Source: a plasmid
DNA length: 64,000 nucleotides
Sequence record: AP029160.1
Reading direction: 5' to 3' (one strand)
Below are positions 38,831-49,312 of this stretch, piece by piece; position 1 is the stretch's first letter, and every line of letters starts with the position of its first letter. The notes under the pieces are model-generated. The model was not told the DNA's origin, did no database searches, and worked only from the letters and a program-made list of their open reading frames with translations. Position numbers and translations under genes: made by a program.

Positions 38831-41296
38831 TTATAGTGATTCAAAATAGATTTTAATAAATCCATCTTGCCCTGCGCTACCACTTGATCCAGCGGCACCT
38901 ACATGAGACCCATAATAATAGCCACCATTTTGTTTTGTTCCACCAGATCCTCCAGCGCCTCCATTACCACCTGAACCAACATTAATTTGTATGGTTTGCC
39001 CAGGGACAACAGGAACTGTGTACGTTTCTATTCTTGTAGACCATCCAAAAGAATAAGCAGGAGTTCCACCATTTCCTCCAGGTCCTCCGATATTATTTTG
39101 CTCGACAGCGAAATTTGTTGAGTAGTTTGTACCGCCAGCTCCTCCTGAGCCTGAAACACCACCTAGACATGAAAGAGAAGGATCACGCGTTGCATATCTA
39201 TCAGGAGCAGAAAAACTTTGATTTCCAAAACTTGTCGCTACACCGATTCCACCATTCCCACCACTTCCACCATGTTGCCATGCATCAAAGTGACGGTTGT
39301 CAGTTGGAGTACATGTAGTTCCATCATTATTTTGAGAGTAACAAAATTGTCCATACTTACCTGAAGTACCGCCAACTACACCAGCATCGTTTACGGCTCC
39401 GCCTGAACCACCATTTCCGCCAAGTGAGCTTGTTCCCCACGACCCATTAAATAAAGCTCCGGCAGCGCCACCACCGCCTCCGCCAGCTCCCCCATTTGCT
39501 CCAGAACATCCGACAATTTTGACTGATGTTACGTTAGCAGGAACAGTCCAATTTTGAATTCCTGGAGTTCTAAATTCAATCGATTTTTCAGATCCATCAG
39601 CAAGAGAGTTGCAAGCTTTTTGGCTTTGGCCGAGAACCTCTTTACAACGATTTTTTGTTACTAAGATGGCATTTTCAGGTGTAAAAAGCCCCTTATCATT
39701 TACTTCATTTAATATGAGATTTTGAATATTTAAGTTTTTAATTCCATCAAGATCTGAAACTGCTGTGTTTGCTATATTTAATGTTGCCAATTTTCCCATA
39801 TTTTTAAAAATATTTGTTGATGTTAATCCTTGGTAATTACCATTTGATAATTTGCAACCATTGCCACTTAAATCCAAATACTCTAAATTAGTTAAATTTT
39901 GAATATTAATTGCAGTAATAAAGTCATTATATTTGTTACAATTTCCAATAGAGCTACGATTAAAACTATTCCTATCAATAAAAGAAATGAGGCGACTAGC
40001 AGAAAGTGATCCAAAATAACTGTTTAGTGCGCTATCTGGAAAAGCTGAATTTGATATATCTAGAGCTGTTAATTTATAAAGGTTAACCAAAATATTTGCT
40101 TCTTCGTTTTTTATTTTTGAAAAATCATTTCCCGAAATATCTAAGGTAGAAATTTGGGTTAAATTTTCCAATTGTTTTAAACTTTTTAAACCAATACTTT
40201 TAGCCTTCAATACTCTTAAGTTTTTAAGATTTTTAATATTATCTAAATTCTCAATTTTAACATTTTCAGAAATATCTAATTCTTCAAGATTTGACAAATA
40301 TTTAGTGATAATAGAAATATCTTTTATATCTAAATCACGTACAGAAAGTTTTTTCAGATGAGATAATTTAGAAAGCAGTCTTAAATCTTTAGGGTCTACT
40401 TTTGTACCTGAAATATCTAGAGAAACAAGATTTGGAAGATTGATAATTGCATTTAAATTATTTAAATTCGTATTTGCCAAATGAAGTGAAGTCAGAGACT
40501 GTACAGCAGTAATCGCGTCAAAACTTGTAAATTTTTCATCTACTGAAATCAAATTGGGATTATAATTTAAATTTAAATCCTGATTAGATTTATCCTTTAA
40601 ATATTGGGAAACACGTAAAATAGAATCATCTGCATCTGAACTTTGAATGCCTGAGTATTTCTTAATATATAGAGCACCTTTATCATTCAATTTGTAATAT
40701 CCAGCAAATGTTAAATTTAATACAACTTCAAAACTTGTTGCGGCAGTATAAACTTTATTATCTTCAGCAGAATTTGCATTAATCGTCACTTTACAGATAG
40801 TTAATGCTGTAATGTATTTTGTATTAATTGCAATAACATTTTCAGTTTTATTATAGCTAAATATATTAGGACAAGCTTCATCATTAGCAGATCCAACAAC
40901 ACCTAATGCTGAGATATTTATAGTTGGGTCACCTGTTAGCTCTTTCTTTTCAATTTTTATTGGAATTCCTGCGTATGGAACTAATTTATTCTCGGAATCA
41001 AAGTCCGCTCCTAAACCACCATTTTTAATTGCTGTAAAAAGAGCACCTCCTTCGCTATAAACAATGTCAGAATTTGAATTTACATTAGCAGCAAGGCTTT
41101 TATTAGAAACTGTCTGTTTTGGTGATGAATAAATAGGATCTTGTGGAATGGAAGCAGACATATTTAAATTAGGAGTTTTAAGAACAGTAACATCCTTAGT
41201 ATTTGTATCATTTTTTGGATCAATTCCGCATCCATAAAATAAAGCTGTTATTGTTACTGAAACCACAGAGAAATGCAAACAAGCGTTCTTAACCAT
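38831..41296 (-). CDS. leucine-rich-repeat lipoprotein with glycine-rich (GGxGG) C-terminal region
   Basis: Lipobox 'ALFYGC'. LRR units with the LxxLxLxxN pattern ('LVSLDISGTKV', 'LEELDISENVKI', 'LEYLDLSGNGC'). The C-terminal ~250 aa is dominated by GGNGGSGG-type repeats. Confidence 0.6.
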   Translation of the reverse strand: MVKNACLHFSVVSVTITALFYGCGIDPKNDTNTKDVTVLKTPNLNMSASIPQDPIYSSPKQTVSNKSLAANVNSNSDIVYSEGGALFTAIKNGGLGADFDSENKLVPYAGIPIKIEKKELTGDPTINISALGVVGSANDEACPNIFSYNKTENVIAINTKYITALTICKVTINANSAEDNKVYTAATSFEVVLNLTFAGYYKLNDKGALYIKKYSGIQSSDADDSILRVSQYLKDKSNQDLNLNYNPNLISVDEKFTSFDAITAVQSLTSLHLANTNLNNLNAIINLPNLVSLDISGTKVDPKDLRLLSKLSHLKKLSVRDLDIKDISIITKYLSNLEELDISENVKIENLDNIKNLKNLRVLKAKSIGLKSLKQLENLTQISTLDISGNDFSKIKNEEANILVNLYKLTALDISNSAFPDSALNSYFGSLSASRLISFIDRNSFNRSSIGNCNKYNDFITAINIQNLTNLEYLDLSGNGCKLSNGNYQGLTSTNIFKNMGKLATLNIANTAVSDLDGIKNLNIQNLILNEVNDKGLFTPENAILVTKNRCKEVLGQSQKACNSLADGSEKSIEFRTPGIQNWTVPANVTSVKIVGCSGANGGAGGGGGGAAGALFNGSWGTSSLGGNGGSGGAVNDAGVVGGTSGKYGQFCYSQNNDGTTCTPTDNRHFDAWQHGGSGGNGGIGVATSFGNQSFSAPDRYATRDPSLSCLGGVSGSGGAGGTNYSTNFAVEQNNIGGPGGNGGTPAYSFGWSTRIETYTVPVVPGQTIQINVGSGGNGGAGGSGGTKQNGGYYYGSHVGAAGSSGSAGQDGFIKIYFESL

Positions 41297-41384
41297 TTTT
41301 CCTCCTTAGAAAAAGAAACACTATTTGTACAAAAAAATTTTATTTAATTTTAAAATTAGGTACTAAATTATATGATTATAAAAA

Positions 41385-43031
41385 TTAATTACTTCTTAAA
41401 TTTGGATCTAGCCCATTGCACTGCAAGCGATTTTTATTTCCTTCTGGAAATGTTGAAAGACAATTTTCTCTAGTCATGAACACTCCGGTATCATAATTCC
41501 AAGGAGTTTCATTAAAAATAAACGTTATATTAGGGTTCCGCCAATCGATAGAACTTAAAAATGATCTTGCTGGCGTATCTGAAATATTCAAATACTTTAA
41601 ATTACTATAATTCATAAGTGGAAGCTGTATTAATCCAGAAAACATACCCACTCCCCAACTGGTATCAACACAGCCATTTCCATGAAGATCTAAATATTCA
41701 ATTTTTTCTAAAACGGCAATTGAAGAAATATTTTCTTTAAAATTATTTATCATATTACAATCTTTAGATTTCTTTTCCCAACGATTTCTGGCTACAAATT
41801 TTTTGAGTTTTTGGGGAAACTGTCTTCCTACAGAAAAAAAATAATCAGATAATACATTATCTGTAATAGGTGTAGAATTTGGATTATCTCGATCCACTGA
41901 AACATTTAAAACTTCTAAATTTATTAGACTAGTTAAATATCGTGTATCTGCATCTGTAAATTTTCTTAAAGGATTTTCTGAAATATCTAGGTCCTTAATT
42001 TGCGTTACATTATTTAATGGAAGCAACGTTGTGAGATTCATATTTCTCAATACTATTGTATTTAGTTTAGCTAGAGCTTTAATTTCTGATAAATTTTGAA
42101 TTTGATTACCTGAAATATCAAGTGAAATCAAATTAGGTTGCGTATCAATGATTGTTCTTAAACTAGTTATTTGATTATCACGAATTGATAATCTATCAAG
42201 CATTGGTAGCATCTCAAGTATTTTTTTTGCTCTTGAATCATTCAGATTTAATTTATTTAAAGTCATATCTTTTAAATTTTTAAACTCTTTTAAAAGATTA
42301 TAGTCACCTAAATCTGAATTCTTTATTTCAAATGTATCAACTAAACCTTTGGCTCCTTCTAAAAAATTAAGATTTTCTAAACTGAGATTTGCTATTGATA
42401 TTTTTTTACTTGACTTAATTTGATTGAATATTTCAATAATCTTTGAATCATCGGGATATTGTTGTCCTGAAAATTTCAAATAGTTCTTATCACTAATTTG
42501 CATATAAGCTTTCATTGTAAGATTGAAACGAACTTTAATTTTATTTGTTGATGAGATATCAATTACTCTTGTTTTTATATTTCTTGCACTTAAATTTAAA
42601 CTTAAATAGCAAGTTAATGGTTTTACGAAATTTGGAAGATTTATAGTAATTTGAGAACTATTTTTTGTGTAAGAAAATATATTTTGACATTCAGGATCTG
42701 ATTTATCAATTACATCTATTATAATTTCTGTATCATTATTAGGATTCACTTGAACAGGTATCCCAGAATACAATTCTAGTTTATCTTCGTTGCTTTCTAC
42801 CCCTAGCCCCCCAAAATTTGTTGCCTTATAAAATACGTTTCCAGCAGGACTTTTTTTATAAAGTGTTATGGTATTCGCAGACGGCAAAATAATTTGAGGT
42901 GGTGTTGCTATGTTAGTACTTCCATTGTCAGAATCATTACTACTTGTTTCACCCTTTTTACTACAACCTGTATTTGCAAGTAAGAAACAAAGGCTTGAAA
43001 TAAAAAATTTCTTTTTACTACTTAGATCCAC
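41385..43031 (-). CDS. leucine-rich-repeat lipoprotein, paralog of 38831-41296 in its N-terminal module
   Basis: Lipobox 'LANTGC'. The N-terminal ~110 aa align with the neighbour ('IFSYTKNSSQITIN' vs 'IFSYNKTENVIAIN'). LRR units 'LISLDISGNQI', 'LDISENPL', 'LDLHGNGC'. Confidence 0.6.
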   Translation of the reverse strand: MDLSSKKKFFISSLCFLLANTGCSKKGETSSNDSDNGSTNIATPPQIILPSANTITLYKKSPAGNVFYKATNFGGLGVESNEDKLELYSGIPVQVNPNNDTEIIIDVIDKSDPECQNIFSYTKNSSQITINLPNFVKPLTCYLSLNLSARNIKTRVIDISSTNKIKVRFNLTMKAYMQISDKNYLKFSGQQYPDDSKIIEIFNQIKSSKKISIANLSLENLNFLEGAKGLVDTFEIKNSDLGDYNLLKEFKNLKDMTLNKLNLNDSRAKKILEMLPMLDRLSIRDNQITSLRTIIDTQPNLISLDISGNQIQNLSEIKALAKLNTIVLRNMNLTTLLPLNNVTQIKDLDISENPLRKFTDADTRYLTSLINLEVLNVSVDRDNPNSTPITDNVLSDYFFSVGRQFPQKLKKFVARNRWEKKSKDCNMINNFKENISSIAVLEKIEYLDLHGNGCVDTSWGVGMFSGLIQLPLMNYSNLKYLNISDTPARSFLSSIDWRNPNITFIFNETPWNYDTGVFMTRENCLSTFPEGNKNRLQCNGLDPNLRSN

Positions 43032-43766
43032 AATTCTTCCCCTTCGTTTTAAATTTTCTTCTCTCTTAATTAACTTAATTTAAAGTTAAAGTCTAAAAAA
43101 ATCTTCTATTGATATGTCATAAATAAAAATAACATATTAATAGATGATCTTAATTTAAATGAGTTTTATACTTTACATTTAAAATAATATCTCTATATAA
43201 ATTTACACTTAATACAGCAAATTAATGCTATATTAAATAACTATTTATTTTATTCGTACGCCTCGACTCTTGATATTTATATCTGTAGTGCAACGCAGCT
43301 TGTTTTCAAATAACGAAAGTTAGTATTTTTAATTTCAGCAAAAAAAATTCAATCAATTACAGATTTCTTTAAATTTTCTGCAATTAATATCTAAAAAATT
43401 TATTTTTTCTGACAAAAAAAACTTTAATTTATAAAATTAGTGTTCATATCTATATGTAATATAAATACGATTCTAATAATTTTAATTAAATACCAACACG
43501 AATTCATATGTAGATTATCATGCACATATTTTTTTGTCAAGGGTTTAAAAATCCCTACTCGGATTAATTTTAGATGATAAATATATAATAATTTCAAGAT
43601 ATTAAAAAATTTTTAATCTCATATAATATTTTAATTTCAATAATTTTAATATGTTATAAATATAAATTAATTATCAGTGTGCATTTTTTTCTACACTGTT
43701 GGTCAAATGTAGCTAAATAGTATATAAAATAGTAATAAGTTACTAATCCGCTTATTTGAGAGAATT

Positions 43767-44342
43767 ATGACTGAAATAAATATAAAAGAAGAAGAAGAAA
43801 AACATACAAAAGCACTTTCACATTATCTTGAAAAATATCACAATAAAACTGGCTATTCTAATAGGGAAGTTTCAATGATATTAGATATAGATAGGAGCTA
43901 TTATAATAAAATACGCTTGCAAAAAATTACCCCATTAACTAGCGGTATTATTATGCTCAAAAAATTTGCTGCTCTAACAAACGAATCTGTTTTTAATTTT
44001 CTCTATGAAATGGAAGGAGTCCCGAAAGAGATTAAAGATAAAGATAATCAGTGGCTTGATATTTTAAAAAAACTTTTTGTAGAGTGCGGACCCATTCTCA
44101 GAAGAGCTTTAATTCACAAAAGAATTAAAAGTATTTTAAACGAAAGCAAAGAAAATAATAAAGAAAAAATAACTAAAATTTTTACATTAGTTACAATTCT
44201 TATAGATCTTGCTCATTTTGATGAATGGCTCGATTTAATATACCAATTATGTTTAAAATTACATACTGATTTAAATTTAGAAAAAGAGCCTGATCTTAAA
44301 GATTTAATTAAGTTCATTGAAGTTATTAAAAATAAGAAATAA
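43767..44342 (+). CDS. XRE-family helix-turn-helix regulator
   Basis: 'TGYSNREVSMILDIDRSYYNKIRLQK' fits an HTH_XRE pattern. Confidence 0.4.
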   Translation: MTEINIKEEEEKHTKALSHYLEKYHNKTGYSNREVSMILDIDRSYYNKIRLQKITPLTSGIIMLKKFAALTNESVFNFLYEMEGVPKEIKDKDNQWLDILKKLFVECGPILRRALIHKRIKSILNESKENNKEKITKIFTLVTILIDLAHFDEWLDLIYQLCLKLHTDLNLEKEPDLKDLIKFIEVIKNKK

Positions 44343-46049
44343 ATCATTTTTATCAAAGAAATCATTTTTGCTTTGAAATACATAATCATAATTCATTTTA
44401 TCATCAACGAAACCACTTAGGCTTGTATGTAAAAATATTTTACCATCATATCCTAGCACATCTCTTAAAAATGTGAAATCAATTAACTTATTCAGAGGGA
44501 CATTATTAAAATAGTAATCAAAAATTACTAACTTTGTTTTAGATACATCAATATTATCTTTATATTCAATAATAAAATCATCAGGGTCATCAAAATAATA
44601 AACATTTTTATCACCTAGAATTAATTTCCATTTACTTAAGACAGATGTGTCATCATCTATAATAGTAATTACAAAATCATCTGGAATAATTGTTTCTATT
44701 TTAGCTTCTGATATTTTATCAACATGTTCAATTTTAAATGCAGGAATTTGCAACTTTACTTGAAAATATGAATTACTAGTTCCCTGCCCTTTTTTTGATT
44801 CACAAGTAATTAAACCGGAATAACTTTCAATAATTTTTTTACAGTAATATAAACCAGAACCATGTATCTTTACTTTATTACTATTAGAAGTAAATGTTTT
44901 CTCTAAAATTAAATTTATATTATCACTTTCAACGAATGAGCCTGTGTTTTTTACAATACAAACATAATACATTGTAGTATCGATTTTCTCTAATTCTGTA
45001 TTTACATAAACTCTTACCCAAGAAGAATTTAATGAGTGCTCAACTATATTTGAAAAAATATTAATAAATACTTGAATCATAGATTTTTCATTACCAAAAA
45101 ATATATGACTTTTAACTTTTGATATGTCAAAAGATATTTTATTATATGATAAAATATCTGATGCTGAAATTATACAGTTTTTTATATCATACTCTCCTTT
45201 TTTCGTATAATTTTGATTTATTAAGTTCCTAATATTAATGACAATCTTTTTCAATTGATCAAAATTTACATCATCTTTATCCAAATTATGAGGTAAACAT
45301 TCAATCATTTTTGAAAGATCATGTATAATAATTGATTTTTTAGTTGATTCTTTCGATGCCATTCTTATTTTCTTATTAAAACTTATGATCTGAACAACTG
45401 CATTATATAATTCAGTAATTTTTACTTTCTTCAATATTTCATTACATTTATTATATTCTTCTTTTTGAATTAGATTGAGGCAAATTTCAAATCTTTTTGT
45501 ATCTTTTTCAATATCTGATAAAATTTTATTTCTTCTTAGTAATATTATTGTTAATAATACTGATATAAATAAAAGAATTATAAACAGCAATATGAATTGT
45601 AAATATAAAAAATAATTACTATTATACTTCTTTTTTATTATATATGTAAACTGTTCTTTTGAATAAGTAACTTTTTTTACGAGACATATATAATTTTTAT
45701 TTAAAAATATATTAAAATTATTATAATCAATACAATCTTTTTTAAAGGATGATATTTCATCATCCTTTGAAGAAGTAAGAATTAAAACATTATTATTTTT
45801 TTCAATTTGAAACAAAGCTTGTCTGTGATTTTCTTGATTATTATAAGAAACAATGATAGAATTTTCATATATTCTTGAAAAGATTTCTAAATTTATCAAA
45901 TCCATTCTTATTTTATTATTATTGTTATATATAAAAATTATATAATGAAAAAATACTGATACAAATCCAATTATAAGTGAAGAAATAAATATTGACCTGA
46001 AAAGAATATTTTCTACAACTTTATTTATATTATATTTATTTTTATTCAA
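44304..46049 (-). CDS. hybrid sensor histidine kinase (2 TM, kinase core, C-terminal receiver)
   Basis: HATPase G2-like 'GSGLYYCKKIIE'. N-box-like 'NIFSNIVEHS'. H-box candidate 'IIHDLSKMIE'. Receiver-like 'VITIIDDDTSV...LVIFDYYF'. Confidence 0.55.
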   Translation of the reverse strand: MNKNKYNINKVVENILFRSIFISSLIIGFVSVFFHYIIFIYNNNNKIRMDLINLEIFSRIYENSIIVSYNNQENHRQALFQIEKNNNVLILTSSKDDEISSFKKDCIDYNNFNIFLNKNYICLVKKVTYSKEQFTYIIKKKYNSNYFLYLQFILLFIILLFISVLLTIILLRRNKILSDIEKDTKRFEICLNLIQKEEYNKCNEILKKVKITELYNAVVQIISFNKKIRMASKESTKKSIIIHDLSKMIECLPHNLDKDDVNFDQLKKIVINIRNLINQNYTKKGEYDIKNCIISASDILSYNKISFDISKVKSHIFFGNEKSMIQVFINIFSNIVEHSLNSSWVRVYVNTELEKIDTTMYYVCIVKNTGSFVESDNINLILEKTFTSNSNKVKIHGSGLYYCKKIIESYSGLITCESKKGQGTSNSYFQVKLQIPAFKIEHVDKISEAKIETIIPDDFVITIIDDDTSVLSKWKLILGDKNVYYFDDPDDFIIEYKDNIDVSKTKLVIFDYYFNNVPLNKLIDFTFLRDVLGYDGKIFLHTSLSGFVDDKMNYDYVFQSKNDFFDKNDLFLIFNNFNELN

Positions 46050-46053
46050 AATT

Positions 46054-47169
46054 TTAATAACTATTCTCTTTAATTAAAAAAGTGTTTTCTAGTTTCAAAA
46101 CACCTTCTTTTAATACATATGTTGCAAACTTAAATTTATCTCTGGAAAATATTTTTTTTGTTTTAATTAATTTTTCAAATTCATACTTATCATTAGGTCT
46201 ATATTTACAAAGGCTTTCCGTTAATTTTGATACAAAATATTTCATATAATATGGATTATCCATAAGTCTTCTAGATATCTGATCATTATCAACAATTTGT
46301 AATTTAATCGAATCATAGTCTGCCGGTGGAAGGGGTCTTACAGTAAAACCATTAGCTCTCTTTAAATTATAGTTTAAAGTTAAATCACTGCTAACGTCAG
46401 TCCCCCAGATTTTCGCTCCAATAAATATAAATTGATTTAATTCTGTTTTAGCTATAAATAATCCGGAATCTGTTCCATCTAGGTTTAATAATATAAAATC
46501 AGGATTAATTGATAATATATTCGATTTAATTTCATTAAAATCATTTTTATTAAAAATAATTTCACCTTTTAAATTAAATCCTTTGTTTTGAAAAAGTTTT
46601 CGTGCTGAATTTTTGTATATTTGACACATGTCACATGTATTATCTGTGATCATCAAATAATTTCTTCCAAGATTTTTATCTTCTACTACTTTAATAAGAG
46701 CACTTATTTCAGCATCAACACTTGGTGACATGGTTATGGAATTATCTTGATCTCTTAATAAAGTAAAAGAAGTAATATGTGGGATCCTGCTATTTAATAA
46801 TTGGTGAGCTAAAAAGTAGCTGGTATTCATTTCTGGTCCATAAACAATCCATGAATTATTTAAATTAATTTGATCTACTATATTTTTCAATGAAATTCTG
46901 TTTCGCATATTAAAACCATTAAATTTATAACTAAAATAATATCCACATTTCTCGGCTTGATTTTGATATAAAGTTAAAGCCATCGGTAATCCAGAAATAA
47001 TTTGTAACCTTTCACTTGTTGTATATGTTGCATTATTTACGGTTGAATCATCGTTTGTTTCAAAAGGAAACAAACCCGATATTCTTACTTCTTTCAAATG
47101 TAAAGAATATGCAAATTGACTTAATAAAGGAATTGTTAAAATAAATAATATTTTCTCTATTTTATTCAT
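46054..47169 (-). CDS. periplasmic ligand-binding protein (PBP type I / LivJ-ANF-receptor-like), upstream partner of the kinase
   Basis: Signal peptide, 'ISGLFPFE' start of the PBP fold, two-lobe length. Its stop is 5 bp before the kinase start. Confidence 0.4.
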   Translation of the reverse strand: MNKIEKILFILTIPLLSQFAYSLHLKEVRISGLFPFETNDDSTVNNATYTTSERLQIISGLPMALTLYQNQAEKCGYYFSYKFNGFNMRNRISLKNIVDQINLNNSWIVYGPEMNTSYFLAHQLLNSRIPHITSFTLLRDQDNSITMSPSVDAEISALIKVVEDKNLGRNYLMITDNTCDMCQIYKNSARKLFQNKGFNLKGEIIFNKNDFNEIKSNILSINPDFILLNLDGTDSGLFIAKTELNQFIFIGAKIWGTDVSSDLTLNYNLKRANGFTVRPLPPADYDSIKLQIVDNDQISRRLMDNPYYMKYFVSKLTESLCKYRPNDKYEFEKLIKTKKIFSRDKFKFATYVLKEGVLKLENTFLIKENSY

Positions 47170-47402
47170 TACTTATCCTAAATATAAATTTATATGATAA
47201 CTTCCACTTATATCCTAGTAGAATAAAATTTATAACATTTTATTCTAAATAATAAAATTTATAACTATAATAAAAATAATCTTTACCACTAATTATAGTT
47301 ATATCTAAAATATATTATAGATAAATATAGTCAATATAATATAAGTATTAATTTTATTTGAAATAATTAAAGCAATATTATATAAAGAGAAAATCTATTC
47401 TG

Positions 47403-48119
47403 ATGAAGAGGAATTCTATGAAAATAAAATTACTTTTTAGTTTAATAATCATTCACCATCAAACTATATATGCTTATATAGACAGTCCTCCAATCTCAAT
47501 AGTAAATTCGGAATCTTGCAAAAAAGAATGTGAAACACCATTTGGAGAAGTTTTAGGAGTTAACAATAATGTAAAAGCTTTTTCAAATTGCAATTCAAAC
47601 TGTATAAACAGGCCTGGATTTAAATTTAAAAAAGAAAACACAGGATTAGTTAAAGATGTTTGGATAGGTTTACCTTGGCAATGTGTTGAATATGTTCGAA
47701 GATGGGTTCTACAAAATCAAAAAATTGAATTTGAAGATGTTGATTTTGCGTATGAAATTTGGGAAAGAAAAATCGCAACAAATTTAACAAATGGTGCTTC
47801 AATTAAATATACTAACTTTGAAAATGGAAGTAGTTCTTATCCTAAAAAAGGAGATCTCCTTATATATAGAAAAAGTACTTCATTCCCATATGGACATGTT
47901 GCAGTAATTGTTAATGTTAATCTTATAAAAAGTTATGTTGATGTTGCTGAAGAAAATTTCCAAAATAAGAAATGGGAAGATGTGAGTTCATATTCTAGAA
48001 GAATAGAATTAAAAAAAGTTAACAATAATTATATCATTACTGACATAAGTTTTAAATCAAAAAAAAGATATACAAACTCTGATACAAAAATAATTGGTTG
48101 GAAACATCTTGAAGGATAA
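47403..48119 (+). CDS. secreted CHAP-domain amidase/peptidase
   Basis: Signal peptide. Catalytic Cys context 'PWQCVEYVRRW' and His context 'YGHVAVIVNV'. Confidence 0.55.
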   Translation: MKRNSMKIKLLFSLIIIHHQTIYAYIDSPPISIVNSESCKKECETPFGEVLGVNNNVKAFSNCNSNCINRPGFKFKKENTGLVKDVWIGLPWQCVEYVRRWVLQNQKIEFEDVDFAYEIWERKIATNLTNGASIKYTNFENGSSSYPKKGDLLIYRKSTSFPYGHVAVIVNVNLIKSYVDVAEENFQNKKWEDVSSYSRRIELKKVNNNYIITDISFKSKKRYTNSDTKIIGWKHLEG

Positions 48120-48131
48120 AGGATAAAGGAT

Positions 48132-48893
48132 ATGACATTTTCAATAATTGCATTCAATAATGATAAATCTGAATATGGGATAGCAATTTGTTCAGCAATT
48201 CCTTTTATTGGTAAGTATAGCGCTTTTGTATATCCTAATTTATGTGTGATAGCTGCTCAAGGAAAAGTGGACCCCTGCACAGCAATTACAATAAGAAATT
48301 GCTTGAAAGATAATTTATCTGAAATCCAAATTTTATCTATATTAGAAGAAAAAGATCCTTCTTTTAATAGAAAGCAGCTTAGTTTTTTAAATTTAAATAA
48401 TTACAAATTTACTAGCTATACAGGTAAAGATCTTGTTCATAGTAAAAACGAATATTCCGAAATACATGGAAAAATTATAACAGGGGAAAACTACATTATT
48501 TCTGGAAATTGTTTAGTTTCTTTGGAAACACTGGAAATAATGGAAGAAACATTTACTGCAAATAATCATATGAATCTTGATCTCCGAATTCTTGAAAGTT
48601 TAAAAGCTGGAAATAAAACTAAGGGTGATTTTAGAGGAAGACAATCTGCTGCACTTTATTGCTATAGATCAAAAGATGAATTTCCATATAGAACAATTGA
48701 TATTGATGAAAATCTTGCTCCAGTTGAAGAACTTGAAAGAATTTTTAACTATGCATCTACTCATTGGCAAAATGTTGTAGATTACTGTTTTTTTGATATG
48801 AAATTTGAGAGAAAGTATATGAAGGGCTCTGATTTTCCTACAGATATAATGAATTCAATTAACACATTAAGTTTACCTGTAAACAAAAGATAG
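48132..48893 (+). CDS. DUF1028-family (Ntn-hydrolase-like) protein
   Basis: N-terminus 'MTFSIIAFNNDKSEYGIAICSAIPFIGKYSAFVYPNLCVIAAQG' matches, from memory, the family pattern MTFSI(V/I)A...G.GVAV.S...VG...V...GAVATQ, with Thr2 as the putative nucleophile. Confidence 0.45.
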   Translation: MTFSIIAFNNDKSEYGIAICSAIPFIGKYSAFVYPNLCVIAAQGKVDPCTAITIRNCLKDNLSEIQILSILEEKDPSFNRKQLSFLNLNNYKFTSYTGKDLVHSKNEYSEIHGKIITGENYIISGNCLVSLETLEIMEETFTANNHMNLDLRILESLKAGNKTKGDFRGRQSAALYCYRSKDEFPYRTIDIDENLAPVEELERIFNYASTHWQNVVDYCFFDMKFERKYMKGSDFPTDIMNSINTLSLPVNKR

Positions 48894-49312
48894 ATATCTG
48901 AACTATGTCAGATCCCAAAGACCTTTAGACTCAGAGATCAATCATATCAATCACATTCCAAAAGTGAACGAGACTAAAATTGCTCAATAGACATAAGGAC
49001 TGTATGCTAAAAGTTCTATACACCTAGAGACTGGATAGCATACATGGATAGCCTTGGAAGAGACAAAACAAACACTTCAGAACCTCCAATGACTGAAATA
49101 AGATTCAAAGGTCGGTTCTGAATTTTTGATCATTATATGCACTTTTACCCCCCAATTTAGCATTCTGTAAGAAAGTACATATAACGTACAAAAATTAAGG
49201 AAAAAAATACGTATAATGAGATTTATATGTACTTTTTATACTAATTAAATTCAACTTCTAAAAATCTTAATATATAATCAAATTAATAAATTTTATTTTT
49301 AAGGAGATAATA

